A stretch of 64,000 nt of DNA from a bacterium. Its GTDB lineage: Bacteria; Joyebacterota; Joyebacteria; Joyebacterales; Joyebacteraceae. This document shows, one piece after another, positions 38,812 to 47,803 of this stretch (the first letter of the stretch is position 1; every line of letters begins with the position of its first letter). Both the position numbers and the translations under genes were made by a program. The DNA is taken from positions 28,573 to 92,572 of the forward strand of contig JALGVU010000001.1 in assembly GCA_025774545.1 (NCBI GenBank), in the 5' to 3' direction. The notes below the pieces were generated by a model. It saw only the letters and a program-made list of their open reading frames with translations. It was not told where the DNA came from and did not search any database.

Positions 38812-39780
38812 ATGCCGTCACAGTTTCCGGAGGCCGATCTCAAGAGGCTGTCTAGGGTGTCGATCCACGAGCGGGGAGGGAAGGTCCGCGTCGAGGACCT
38901 GGTCGACCCGTACGATCCCGGACCCGAGTTCGACCGGTTCCTTGCGACCGTGCCGCGCCTCTTCGCGGGCGCCGACCTCGCGTCGGCCGTCGACGCCGTC
39001 GCGCGCGCCGCGAGGGGCGGCAGGGCGGTCGTGGTGATGTACGGTGCGCACTTCGTGAAGTGCGGTCTGTCGCGTCTACTGATCGATCTCATGGAGAGGC
39101 GCGTCGTCACGGCGCTGGCCACGAACGGCGCGGGGGCCATCCACGACTTCGAGCTAGCGGCGTGGGGAACGACTTCCGAAGACGTCGCTGCCGGGCTCGA
39201 GGACGGGAGCTTCGGCATGTGCAGCGACACGGCGGACGCGATGAACGCGGCGGCGGCGGCGGGGCGACGGGACGGCCAGGGACTCGGCGAGGCCCTCGGA
39301 AGGAAACTCGAGGAGATGGAGGCACCGCATCGCTCATCGAGCATCGTGGCGCGCGCGCACGCCCTCGGCGTCCCGCACACGATCCACGTGGCGTTGGGGA
39401 CCGACATCATCCATCAGCACGCGACGGCGAGCGGAACCGATCTCGGCGAGACCAGCCTCAGGGACTTCCGAATCCTGGCGGCTGTCATCGGTGATCTCGA
39501 GGGAGGGGCCGTTCTCAACATCGGGTCGGCCGTGATCCTGCCGGAGGTTTTCCTGAAGGCGCTCACCGTGGCGAGGAACCTGGGCGGAAGCGCGGCGGGC
39601 TTCGCGGCGATCGGCATGGACATGAACGAGCCCTACCGCGCCGCTGTCAACGTTGTCGGCAGGCCGACCGCGCAATCCGGCATGGGGGTTGCACTTAGGG
39701 GGCGGCACGAGTTCCTCTTCCCGCTCTTCTGGGCGGCCGTTCGCCGGGCGCTCGACGCGGGCCGCGTCCCGGAAAGATAG
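38812..39780 (+). CDS. Deoxyhypusine-synthase-like (DHS-like NAD-binding fold) protein
   Basis: ATNGAGAIHDFE resembles the DHS TTAGGVEEDL motif. 322 aa. Strong SD GAGGAGG. Confidence 0.45.
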   Translation: MPSQFPEADLKRLSRVSIHERGGKVRVEDLVDPYDPGPEFDRFLATVPRLFAGADLASAVDAVARAARGGRAVVVMYGAHFVKCGLSRLLIDLMERRVVTALATNGAGAIHDFELAAWGTTSEDVAAGLEDGSFGMCSDTADAMNAAAAAGRRDGQGLGEALGRKLEEMEAPHRSSSIVARAHALGVPHTIHVALGTDIIHQHATASGTDLGETSLRDFRILAAVIGDLEGGAVLNIGSAVILPEVFLKALTVARNLGGSAAGFAAIGMDMNEPYRAAVNVVGRPTAQSGMGVALRGRHEFLFPLFWAAVRRALDAGRVPER

Positions 39781-39809
39781 TTGACACAATCGGAAGTCTG
39801 TGATACACT
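39781..39809 (+). promoter_or_regulatory. Sigma70-like promoter TTGACA-17-TACACT
   Basis: Perfect -35 and a 4/6 -10 at the start of an AT-richer non-coding region. Confidence 0.45.
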
Positions 39810-39816
39810 TCAATTA

Positions 39817-40046
39817 ACCCTGCGAGCGACCAGACGACGAGATCTGGCATAGAAAGGACTCGTATCGCCCCACTGCTAAGGGTATGCCTCGAATCCTAGA
39901 AGTGCCTTGAAACGGCATGCGAGGGACGCGCCGGGAGTGCCCGGAGAGCGTCTCAATGCATTCGAGTCAGGCCACCCTTGGCAGAAGTCGTGAGCGAAGA
40001 AGCAATGCCGGGTGCGACCTGAAGTCGACGCCCGGCTTTTTCTTTG
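39817..40046 (+). ncRNA. Putative structured 5' leader / small RNA (~230 nt) upstream of the polysaccharide priming transferase
   Basis: About 300 nt with no plausible ORF and GC visibly lower than flanks. Nested hairpin GACGCgCCGGGagugCCCGGagaGCGUC. Ends in a terminator hairpin. Confidence 0.4.
40007..40045 (+). terminator. Intrinsic terminator / attenuator hairpin
   Basis: GCCGGGTGCGAC-CTGAA-GTCGACGCCCGGC followed by TTTTTCTTTGG. Lies 40 nt before the next start codon. Confidence 0.55.
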
Positions 40047-40085
40047 GCATCACGACCGGACAGCGAAGAGAGGGGCACCTGAGCC

Positions 40086-40778
40086 GTGTATTTCGTCGAC
40101 GAGAGATTCGGGTACGGTGTGGTCGAGGAGTACGCTCGGGGATCCGAGGAGCGGGAAGGGCTACTGAGGGGAGCGTTCTATCGCAGGTACGTCAAGCGAC
40201 CGTTCGACGTCGCTGCAAGTGCGCTCGGCGTGGCAGTGCTCTCACCCTTCTTTCTCGTACTCTCGATCCTGATCAAGCTGGACTCACCGGGTCCAGTGCT
40301 TTTCAAGCAGCTCAGGGTGGGGAAGGACGGGAGGCAGTTCTGGTTCTACAAGTTCAGGTCGATGGTAGTGAACGCGGAGGAGATGAAGAACAAGCTCATG
40401 CACCTGAACGAGCTCGAGGGCCCCGTGTTCAAGATCAGCGACGACCCCCGCATCACGAAGGTCGGCCGCTTCCTCAGAAGGACGAGCCTCGACGAGTTGC
40501 CGCAGCTTCTTAACGTGCTCCGCGGCGACATGAGCCTCGTCGGACCGAGGCCGCCGCTTCCCGGGGAGGTGGAGAACTACGAGAGCTGGCAGAAGGAACG
40601 GCTCTCCGTCTGTCCAGGGCTGACGTGCCTGTGGCAGGTGAGTGGACGCAATCACATCGGGTTTACGGAGTGGGTCCGGCTCGACCTCGAGTACATCCGT
40701 CGCCAGTCGTTCGGACTCGACGCGAAGATCCTCGCCAGGACACTTCCTGCCGTGATCTCGCGAAAGGGGGCGTACTAG
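40086..40778 (+). CDS. Undecaprenyl-phosphate sugar phosphotransferase (small PglC/WbaP-C type bacterial sugar transferase)
   Basis: Single TM helix then the Bac_transf domain ([16 protein letters not shown]). GTG start. Confidence 0.85.
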   Translation: MYFVDERFGYGVVEEYARGSEEREGLLRGAFYRRYVKRPFDVAASALGVAVLSPFFLVLSILIKLDSPGPVLFKQLRVGKDGRQFWFYKFRSMVVNAEEMKNKLMHLNELEGPVFKISDDPRITKVGRFLRRTSLDELPQLLNVLRGDMSLVGPRPPLPGEVENYESWQKERLSVCPGLTCLWQVSGRNHIGFTEWVRLDLEYIRRQSFGLDAKILARTLPAVISRKGAY

Positions 40779-41012
40779 GCCCAGTGCTCACGAGGACCGC
40801 GGCCGTCGCTCGCGGCGCACATGAAGCAGAACCGGATCCGGCAGCGGGTGCGCGGTACTGGACCCTCACTCACACCGCAGCGCTGCCGGATTTTCATGAG
40901 CCCGAAGCCCCCTTTCGTTTGACAGCCTGCCGGGCTTTCTCTAGGCTGACGGGACGTTCCGCGGTCGAGAGGGTCAGCCCCGGCTGGAAGGAGATCGAGC
41001 AGGCCTCGCACG

Positions 41013-42644
41013 GTGAGTCAACCAGACGCCAGAGCAGACGCCCCTGACGGATCCCCGAGCGAAGAAGCGGCCCGCGCCCGCTCCCGGACGCGATGGCTCC
41101 TCCTTCTGATCGTGGCGCTCGCCGCCGTTCTGAGGTTCTACCGCCTCGGGTTCCAGAGCTTCTGGATCGATGAGCTCCTGACCATCCAGGCCGCAAACAT
41201 CGGTGAGCGGCTCGGCTTCCTCGAGATCTTCTGGAACATCCAGGGTCCGATCCACGCGCTTCTCGTGCACGCGATCGGCGGCCTCACGCTCGCCGAGGCC
41301 CCGCTCAGGAGCGTCTCCGCCGTCTTCGGTGTGGCGACGGTGCCCGTCGTCTATCTCCTCGGGACGGCGCTCGCCGACCGCCGCGCGGGGCTCGCGGCGG
41401 CTCTCCTGCTCGCCGTCTCGCCGTTCGCGGTGTGGTACTCCCAGGAGCTCCGGAACTACTCGATGCTGATCTTCTTCGCGAGCGTTTCAACGCTCGCGGC
41501 CTGGAGGATCCTGGAGGAGAGGGCCGGCGGATGGGTGCTCTACGTCGCGGGCACCGTCCTCGGGGTCCTCTCGAACCTGGCCGCGGCGTTCCTCGCGATC
41601 GCGCACAACGTGTTCGCGGCGCGGAGGCTCCTCGGGAGCCGCCGCCTGCTCGGACGCTGGGCGCTCGCACACCTGGTGATCCTGCTGCTCTTCGTTCCCA
41701 CGGGGCTCGGGCTTCTGCGCTGGGTGCGCGTCGACCGGGTGGGAGAGCGGGTGACGCTCGCTTCCACGGCGGAAGACGCGGAGCTCCTGCGGGGGGCGAC
41801 GACCTTCACACCCGCGGCGCTCCCGTACGCGTTCTTTGCGATGAGCTACGGGTACTCCCTCGGCCCCAGCATGCGCGAGCTTCACGTGGAGTCCCCGGCC
41901 CGGGCGTTCGCGCGGAACGCGCCGCTCGTGGTTCCAGCGGGCCTCGCGATGGCGGCCGCGTGCCTCCTCGGCCTCCGTAGGCTCTGGCGGACGCGGCGAG
42001 GGCTCGAGCTGGCGCTCGCCGTCGCCGTCGTGCCCCTCGCCGGGGCGGTGGCGCTTGCGCTCGCGAACGTCAAGCCCTTCAATCCGCGCTACGCCTCGGT
42101 GGCCCTGCCGGTCCTCGTCGTCGTGGCCGGATGCGGGATCACCTCGCTCAGGAGGCGCTGGGCGAGCTTGCTTTGCGTGGTCATCGTACTATTCTGTATG
42201 GTGTCGCTTGGGAACTACTTCTTCCGAGGCGACTATCGGAGGGAGGACGTGCGCTCCGCCGCCGCGTTCATCGAGGAGGCCGAGCGCCCCGGCGACATCG
42301 TCCTCGCGCCCGTCGTGGGGGAGCTGTTCCAGCTCTACTTCGAGGGGGACGCCGAGGTCTTCCTCATCTACCCGGGGCAGGCCGCGTCGGACGCCCTCGT
42401 CGCGGAGCGGATCGAGGATCGAATCCCGGGCCACGATCGGCTGTGGTTCGTCGAGTCGCGGCTCTGGGCGACGGATCCCGAGAGGCGCATCCCCTCGTAC
42501 TTGACGGAGCGGTTCTCGGTCATCGAGGAGCGACGGTTCGACGGGGTCCGCCTGTCGTTGCACGACCTCGGCCGACGAGGCCGGCAGCTCGATCGAGGCG
42601 ACGGGCAGGAGGAAGGGGCGCCTGCCGATTCAGCCGGCGAATGA
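41013..42644 (+). CDS. ArnT/PMT-family membrane glycosyltransferase (GT39/GT83-like)
   Basis: About 12 TM helices with N-terminal FYRLGFQSFWIDE motif region and a C-terminal soluble domain. Confidence 0.65.
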   Translation: MSQPDARADAPDGSPSEEAARARSRTRWLLLLIVALAAVLRFYRLGFQSFWIDELLTIQAANIGERLGFLEIFWNIQGPIHALLVHAIGGLTLAEAPLRSVSAVFGVATVPVVYLLGTALADRRAGLAAALLLAVSPFAVWYSQELRNYSMLIFFASVSTLAAWRILEERAGGWVLYVAGTVLGVLSNLAAAFLAIAHNVFAARRLLGSRRLLGRWALAHLVILLLFVPTGLGLLRWVRVDRVGERVTLASTAEDAELLRGATTFTPAALPYAFFAMSYGYSLGPSMRELHVESPARAFARNAPLVVPAGLAMAAACLLGLRRLWRTRRGLELALAVAVVPLAGAVALALANVKPFNPRYASVALPVLVVVAGCGITSLRRRWASLLCVVIVLFCMVSLGNYFFRGDYRREDVRSAAAFIEEAERPGDIVLAPVVGELFQLYFEGDAEVFLIYPGQAASDALVAERIEDRIPGHDRLWFVESRLWATDPERRIPSYLTERFSVIEERRFDGVRLSLHDLGRRGRQLDRGDGQEEGAPADSAGE

Positions 42645-42821
42645 GCGTCGGTTCAGCCGAGGAGATCCGCGGGAGCCCGGCGAGGAGCCTCCCGTCGGAC
42701 GACGGATCACGCGAGAGGGCCGAGGCCCCATAACGGTGGCACGAGTTATGCTTTAGATCCTCTCGTCGAGCGCGCCCGCAGTGAGCGGGATGCGCCCTCT
42801 TGGTGGATGGGGGACACGGAC

Positions 42822-43565
42822 ATGACACGGAGAACGACGAGGCTGGGCTTCGCCCTCGCCGGTTTGGCCCTCTGTCTCGTTGGGACGGGGTGCGGCTCGA
42901 GAGGCATCCCGAGTGGGCAGGAGGTCGTCGCCGCGGCGGAGAGGCCGGCGGGAGTGCCCACGTACCGGCTTCGCTTCGGCGACGAGATCAACATCTACTT
43001 CCTCACGGCCACTGACATGAACTACGGCACGCCGATCACGCCGAACGGCACGGTCGTGCTTCCCATGGGAGGCGAGGTCCTCGCCGCGGGCAGGACCGTC
43101 AAGGAACTGTCGACGTCGATCGAGGAACACATGGCCGCGTATCTTCTCGACCCGTCGACGTCGGTCTCGCTCCGTGAGATCGCAGACGTCTACGTCTACG
43201 TCATCGGCGAGGTCGAGAAGCCGGGCCGGTACGCGAGCCAGGGCGGGCTGACGGTGACGGCGGCGCTCGCGCAGGCGGGCGGAGTCGAGGCGTCCGGGAG
43301 GCAGAGCAGCGTGATGGTCGTCCGGACGAGCGGCGTCGACGAGCCGATCGCGTTCCGGGTCGACGTCACGAAGGTGCTGTCGGGACGAGACCTCCTGGAG
43401 GACGTGGCGCTCATGCCCGAGGACGTCGTCTACGTGCCGAAGTCGGTGATCGGCCACGTCGGTCAGTTCGTCGATCTCTTCTTCACGAAGATAGCGCCGG
43501 CGCAGCTGTTCTACCTCCGTCAGTGGGAGATCAACCGGCGCGCCGGCATCAAGTGGGTGGAGTAG
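42822..43565 (+). CDS. wza: Polysaccharide export outer-membrane lipoprotein Wza (Poly_export + SLBB)
   Basis: Lipobox LVGTGC. PES motif region (GDEINIY) and SLBB domain (VYVIGEVEKPGRY). Confidence 0.8.
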   Translation: MTRRTTRLGFALAGLALCLVGTGCGSRGIPSGQEVVAAAERPAGVPTYRLRFGDEINIYFLTATDMNYGTPITPNGTVVLPMGGEVLAAGRTVKELSTSIEEHMAAYLLDPSTSVSLREIADVYVYVIGEVEKPGRYASQGGLTVTAALAQAGGVEASGRQSSVMVVRTSGVDEPIAFRVDVTKVLSGRDLLEDVALMPEDVVYVPKSVIGHVGQFVDLFFTKIAPAQLFYLRQWEINRRAGIKWVE

Positions 43566-43600
43566 GGACGGCCACCCGGGGTCACCCGAGGGGACGAAGC

Positions 43601-44962
43601 TTGGACGGAAGACCGGAATACGCCAGCGAGACCACTCTGCTCCGCGACATCGTCTACGTCGTGTGCAAGCGGTGGCTCGTTCTGCTGGTGCTCGCGATCG
43701 TCGGCGTCACGATCGTCATGCACGGAACGATGACGTCGGTGGCGTCGTACCAGGCCAAGGCGAGAGTGCTCGTGAAGCGGGTGCCGCAGGCCTACACGAT
43801 GCCCACGGAGTCGCGCGCGATCCTGAGGCGGTCGGAGGTCGTGAACTCCGAGCTTCAGATCATCATGAGCTCGGCGGTGGCCGAGGCGGTCGTCGACCGA
43901 CTGGGCCTCGCCACCGGGGACGACCGGGCGATCGCGATCTACCGGCTCGAGCGACGGATCCGCGCCAAGGCGCTGCCCGAGTCTGACATCATCGACATCA
44001 GCTACCGACACCGTGATCCGGAGATGGCGGCGCTCATCGCGAACACGGCGCTCGACGCCTATCTCGACATTCGGAAGAACGTGGCCATCAACTACGACGC
44101 GGTCATCTACCTCGACGTGCAGTCCAATCGCCTGCGGGCCGCGAGGGACTCGATCGCCATGCAGATCGCCGACTTCGGCGGGAACCGGGGCCAGCTCTCG
44201 AAGGGCATCCTCTCTCAGCAGCAAATGGGGCTCACCAATCGATTCCTGAACGATCTTCTCTCGGTCGAGCAGAGGATCGAAACGAGGGAGGTGCAGCTCG
44301 AGCTCCTGGACGAGTGGCTCGAGTCTGAGTCCGACGCGTCGCAGGTGCCGACGCCCGAGCTCTACGCGATCGCCACCGTGCGCGAGGGGAAGATGCGACT
44401 CGTCGGTCTGGGTACGCAGCTCGCCGACGCGCGGGCCCGCTACGCGCCCGACCACCCGGAGGTGCTGGCGCTCGAGCGCGAGATGGACGAGACCGCGCAC
44501 TTCCTCCGGGCAGAGGTCGAACAGGCGGTGATGCGCCAGCGCGTCGAGCTTGACGCCTGGCGGGCCGAGAAGAGCACCATCGAGGGTGTGCTCGCGAAGC
44601 TGCACGCCGACGACGAGGCCGTCTTCGAGGACCAGATCGTCATCCGGATGCTCGAGCACGAACTCTCGATCCGGGCCGATCTCTATGCGATCGTGATGGA
44701 CCGCCGCGAGCAGTTCAAGATCACCGCCGCGACCGATCCTAATCTCCTGAACATCGGCATCGTGTCGCGCGCTCAGGTCCCCGCGCGTCCCACGGAACAG
44801 CCGATCAACATGAAGGTCGTCGTCGGGGTGTTCACGCTGCTCTTCGGCGTCATGCTGGTCTTCGGTCTCGAGAAGACCGACCACTCGCTGGAGCGCCGCG
44901 AGGACGTCCAGCGCTTCCTGGGACTCAAGGTGCTCGCGTCGATCCCCGACCGCAGATCATAG
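43601..44962 (+). CDS. wzz: Polysaccharide chain-length determinant (Wzz/GumC-type PCP lacking kinase domain)
   Basis: TTG start. N-terminal TM, long coiled-coil periplasmic domain, C-terminal TM (VVVGVFTLLFGVMLVFGL). Confidence 0.75.
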   Translation: MDGRPEYASETTLLRDIVYVVCKRWLVLLVLAIVGVTIVMHGTMTSVASYQAKARVLVKRVPQAYTMPTESRAILRRSEVVNSELQIIMSSAVAEAVVDRLGLATGDDRAIAIYRLERRIRAKALPESDIIDISYRHRDPEMAALIANTALDAYLDIRKNVAINYDAVIYLDVQSNRLRAARDSIAMQIADFGGNRGQLSKGILSQQQMGLTNRFLNDLLSVEQRIETREVQLELLDEWLESESDASQVPTPELYAIATVREGKMRLVGLGTQLADARARYAPDHPEVLALEREMDETAHFLRAEVEQAVMRQRVELDAWRAEKSTIEGVLAKLHADDEAVFEDQIVIRMLEHELSIRADLYAIVMDRREQFKITAATDPNLLNIGIVSRAQVPARPTEQPINMKVVVGVFTLLFGVMLVFGLEKTDHSLERREDVQRFLGLKVLASIPDRRS

Positions 44963-44978
44963 AGCGGAGGGCCGTTCG

Positions 44979-46901
44979 TTGTACGTCGATTTCTATCACC
45001 TCGTCGAGAAGCCGTTCGAGCTGGGTCCGGATCTCCGGTACCTCTACCTCTCCGCCCATCACCGCGAGGCGCTGGCGCACCTGACCTACGGCGTGAAGGA
45101 GCGGAAGAACTTCGTTCAGCTCACCGGCGAGGTCGGCATGGGCAAGACGACGATGCTCGACGCGCTCGTCGACGGGCTCGACGTGACGACGAAGGTGGCC
45201 AGGCTCTCGTACACGACCATCGGGGAGAGGGACCTCCTGCTCGAGCTCTCGCGGGAACTCGGGGTCGAACCGCCGGGGGACTCGAAGATCGAGATCCGCC
45301 GCGGGATCGAGGAGTTCCTCGACGGCTGGACGAGGGAGGGCAGGAACACTGTCTTCATCATCGACGAGTCGCAGAATCTCAAACTCGAGGTCCTCGAGGA
45401 GGTGCGGCTCCTCTCGAACCTGCGCTCAATGGGGCTCGCGGGCCTCCAGATCGTCCTGGCGGGACAGCCGGAGCTTCGGGACAAGCTCGAACTCAGGGAG
45501 CTCCGGCAGCTCCGCCAGCGGATCGGCATCCGATACCACCTCGTGCCGCTCTCCCGCGCGGAGACTGCCGAGTACATCGCACACCGCCTGACGGTCGCGG
45601 GCGCCTCGGACGTCCGTCTCTTCGACGGGGCGGCGCTGGACGCGATCTTCCGCTACTCTGAGGGCGTCCCGCGCGTCATCAACATCGTCTGCGACGCGGC
45701 GCTCCTGGCCGGCTATGCCGAGAACAGGAGGCGCGTCGGCAAGAAGCTCATCCTCGAGTCGATCGAATCGATCGAGGGGCGGCGGATTCCCGAGCGGCCG
45801 ACCCAGGACGACGAGCGGGCCGACGAGCACCGGGCCGTCGCGCGGATGGTGTCTCGCGTCAACGGCGGAGGCCGGAAGGAGCGAGCGCGATTCGCCGACG
45901 CGAGGGCCGAGAGGCCGCCCGATCCCGGTGGTCCCGTCGTGGACGCGATCGCGGCCCCGCCGGCAGGAGCGGACGTCGGAACGCCACCCGAGCCGAGCCG
46001 TGCCGCGGAACTCCCGCCGGCCGAGAGGGCGCCCGACGATGTTCTGAGCTGGAGCCGAGCCGAGCCGCGGCGGCGGAGGCTGACGATCCCCGTCGGCGGT
46101 CTCATCGTGGCGGTCTTAGCTGCGGCCGGCTATCTCTACTTCGATCAGGACGTCCGGCCCGCGGCGCTTCTCTCGTCGTGGGCGGAGCGCGACAACGCCC
46201 GCATCGCCGAGCAGCCGTCTGGGCTCGGGCGGGCCCACGCCAACGCGGAGACCGGTGTCCTCGGAGCGATCCAGGAGGCTGGCGTGTCGGCTCACGAGCG
46301 TTCCGCGTCCGGCGACGCCGGCGAGAGGAACGGCGAGGCCGCGCAGGTCCCCGCTGGCGAGGAGCGGCCGACGAACGGAGGCCGCACGGGCGCCGAACCC
46401 GCGAGCCCTTCGGAGGCCGGTTCCGGTCCGGCGAGCGGCGATCCCGATGGCTCCGAGCTGGGAGACCCGGCGCCGGCGAACGTCGGGGCGGGGAGTGCCG
46501 GATCGAGAGTCGCGTCGCCCGAGCGTGCGGGGGCCGCGAGCCCGGCGCCCGAGGGGACCCGGGAGGATCGGCGGCCGGTGCGCCCCCCGGCTCCCGCGCA
46601 GACGGAGCGTTCGGACGACGGAGCCAAGGCCTGGATCGACAGCGGTCCGGTGGTCGGACCCGGAGGCGCCTACGCCGTGATCGCGAGATCGGTGAACACC
46701 GAGGCGGGGGCCCGCGCGGAGGCAGCCCGACTCGAGGAGAAGAGCTTCGGTGTTGAGATCGCGGAGGCCGACCTCGACGAGAAGGGGATCTGGTACCGCG
46801 TGATCATCCGGGGCGGCTTCCCGACGTTCGAGGCGGCCCAGGAAATCCGCGCGATGCTCGGAAGCTCCGGGTACGGTGGGGCTTGGATCATCAAGCGCTA
46901 G
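44979..46901 (+). CDS. ExeA/GspA-like AAA ATPase fused to C-terminal SPOR peptidoglycan-binding domain (polysaccharide-locus secretion ATPase family)
   Basis: Walker A GEVGMGKTT and Walker B IIDESQ. About 250 aa P/A/G/E-rich linker. SPOR-like terminal 80 aa (YAVIARSVNTEAGARAEAARL...WYRVIIRGGF). Confidence 0.7.
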   Translation: MYVDFYHLVEKPFELGPDLRYLYLSAHHREALAHLTYGVKERKNFVQLTGEVGMGKTTMLDALVDGLDVTTKVARLSYTTIGERDLLLELSRELGVEPPGDSKIEIRRGIEEFLDGWTREGRNTVFIIDESQNLKLEVLEEVRLLSNLRSMGLAGLQIVLAGQPELRDKLELRELRQLRQRIGIRYHLVPLSRAETAEYIAHRLTVAGASDVRLFDGAALDAIFRYSEGVPRVINIVCDAALLAGYAENRRRVGKKLILESIESIEGRRIPERPTQDDERADEHRAVARMVSRVNGGGRKERARFADARAERPPDPGGPVVDAIAAPPAGADVGTPPEPSRAAELPPAERAPDDVLSWSRAEPRRRRLTIPVGGLIVAVLAAAGYLYFDQDVRPAALLSSWAERDNARIAEQPSGLGRAHANAETGVLGAIQEAGVSAHERSASGDAGERNGEAAQVPAGEERPTNGGRTGAEPASPSEAGSGPASGDPDGSELGDPAPANVGAGSAGSRVASPERAGAASPAPEGTREDRRPVRPPAPAQTERSDDGAKAWIDSGPVVGPGGAYAVIARSVNTEAGARAEAARLEEKSFGVEIAEADLDEKGIWYRVIIRGGFPTFEAAQEIRAMLGSSGYGGAWIIKR

Positions 46902-46942
46902 GGACGGTAGGATCCGTTCGGCGCGCATCCAGTGAGGGAACG

Positions 46943-47692
46943 ATGAGCAAGATCTCGAAGGCGATGGACAGGTCGCGGCAGGAACACGCCAGGCGCGACG
47001 GGAGCCCGCCGGTGCTTCCGGATGAGCGGGCTCGCGCGCGGCGGCTTGGGTCCGGCCGGCTCGCCCTCTCGTCCTCGGAGGAGTACCAGACGCTCGCGTC
47101 CGAGATCTTCCTCGCGCTCCCTCAGGCGGAATGCAGGACGGTGATGTTCGTTGCCTCGGTCTCGGGCGAGGGTACGAGTCTCGTCGCGCGGGAGTTCGCC
47201 GCGTCGTTGGCCGCTCAGGGCGAGGTGGAGACGCTCCTCGTCGACGCGAATCTCCGGAAGCCGTCGCTGCACGACTTCTTCAGGACGCCCCGTGATCCGG
47301 GGCTCGCCGACCACATTCTCGGGAACGCCCCTCTGTCCGATTGCCTGAAGGGGATCGGTGTGCCGCGCCTGACGCTCCTGACGGCCGGTCGGCCCGTGGT
47401 GTCGCCGCCGCGCGTTCTCGGCCATCCGCGGATGGAGGGGATGCTGACGGAGCTCCGTAGGCGGTTCTCCTGCGTCGTGTTCGACGTTCCATCGGTCCTC
47501 TCGTATTCCGAGGGCGTCTCGCTCTCGCGGGGCGTCGACGGCGTGGTGGTCGTGATACGCTCCGGCAGGACCAAGCGCGAGCTGATCCAGCACGCGCTCC
47601 ACCTTCTCGACGGTGCGGGGGCGAAGGTGCTCGGGACGGTGCTCAATCGCAGGCGGTTCTACATCCCACGGTTTCTCTACGAGCGAATCTAG
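46943..47692 (+). CDS. BY-kinase (CpsD/CapB, MinD-like) homolog with degenerate Walker A and no Tyr cluster
   Basis: Walker A position reads SGEGTS (Lys replaced by Thr). Walker A' is VDANLRKP and Walker B is VVFDVPS. C-terminus has only two Tyr. Confidence 0.65.
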   Translation: MSKISKAMDRSRQEHARRDGSPPVLPDERARARRLGSGRLALSSSEEYQTLASEIFLALPQAECRTVMFVASVSGEGTSLVAREFAASLAAQGEVETLLVDANLRKPSLHDFFRTPRDPGLADHILGNAPLSDCLKGIGVPRLTLLTAGRPVVSPPRVLGHPRMEGMLTELRRRFSCVVFDVPSVLSYSEGVSLSRGVDGVVVVIRSGRTKRELIQHALHLLDGAGAKVLGTVLNRRRFYIPRFLYERI

Positions 47693-47803
47693 CCTCCCGA
47701 GACGCCGTGTCGGCCGTCCTGCCGCAGCGGGAGGCGTGTTCGCGAGGCGTGGATGCGCGGCGGCCGTGCTCTAGCCGCCGCGACCTGTTTTCGGGAGATC
47801 CGG

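Noticed and set aside
39817-40046. Leader RNA as RNase P RNA, 6S RNA, SRP RNA or tmRNA
   Set aside because: Length and visible motifs do not fit: no P4-like GGAAAGUCCGG, no SRP domain IV GGAAG-CAGCC pairing, and it is too short for tmRNA or RNase P. Left as an unclassified leader/sRNA candidate.
39917-40513. 198-aa ORF across the leader region and into the sugar transferase gene
   Set aside because: Arg-rich translation with no motifs. It spans a terminator hairpin and overlaps the well-supported Bac_transf gene in another frame.
40836-40891. 11-bp perfect inverted repeat (ATCCGGCAGCG / CGCTGCCGGAT) with 34-nt loop after the sugar transferase gene
   Set aside because: The large loop and only a 3-4 nt T run make a terminator call weak. 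Noted but not annotated.
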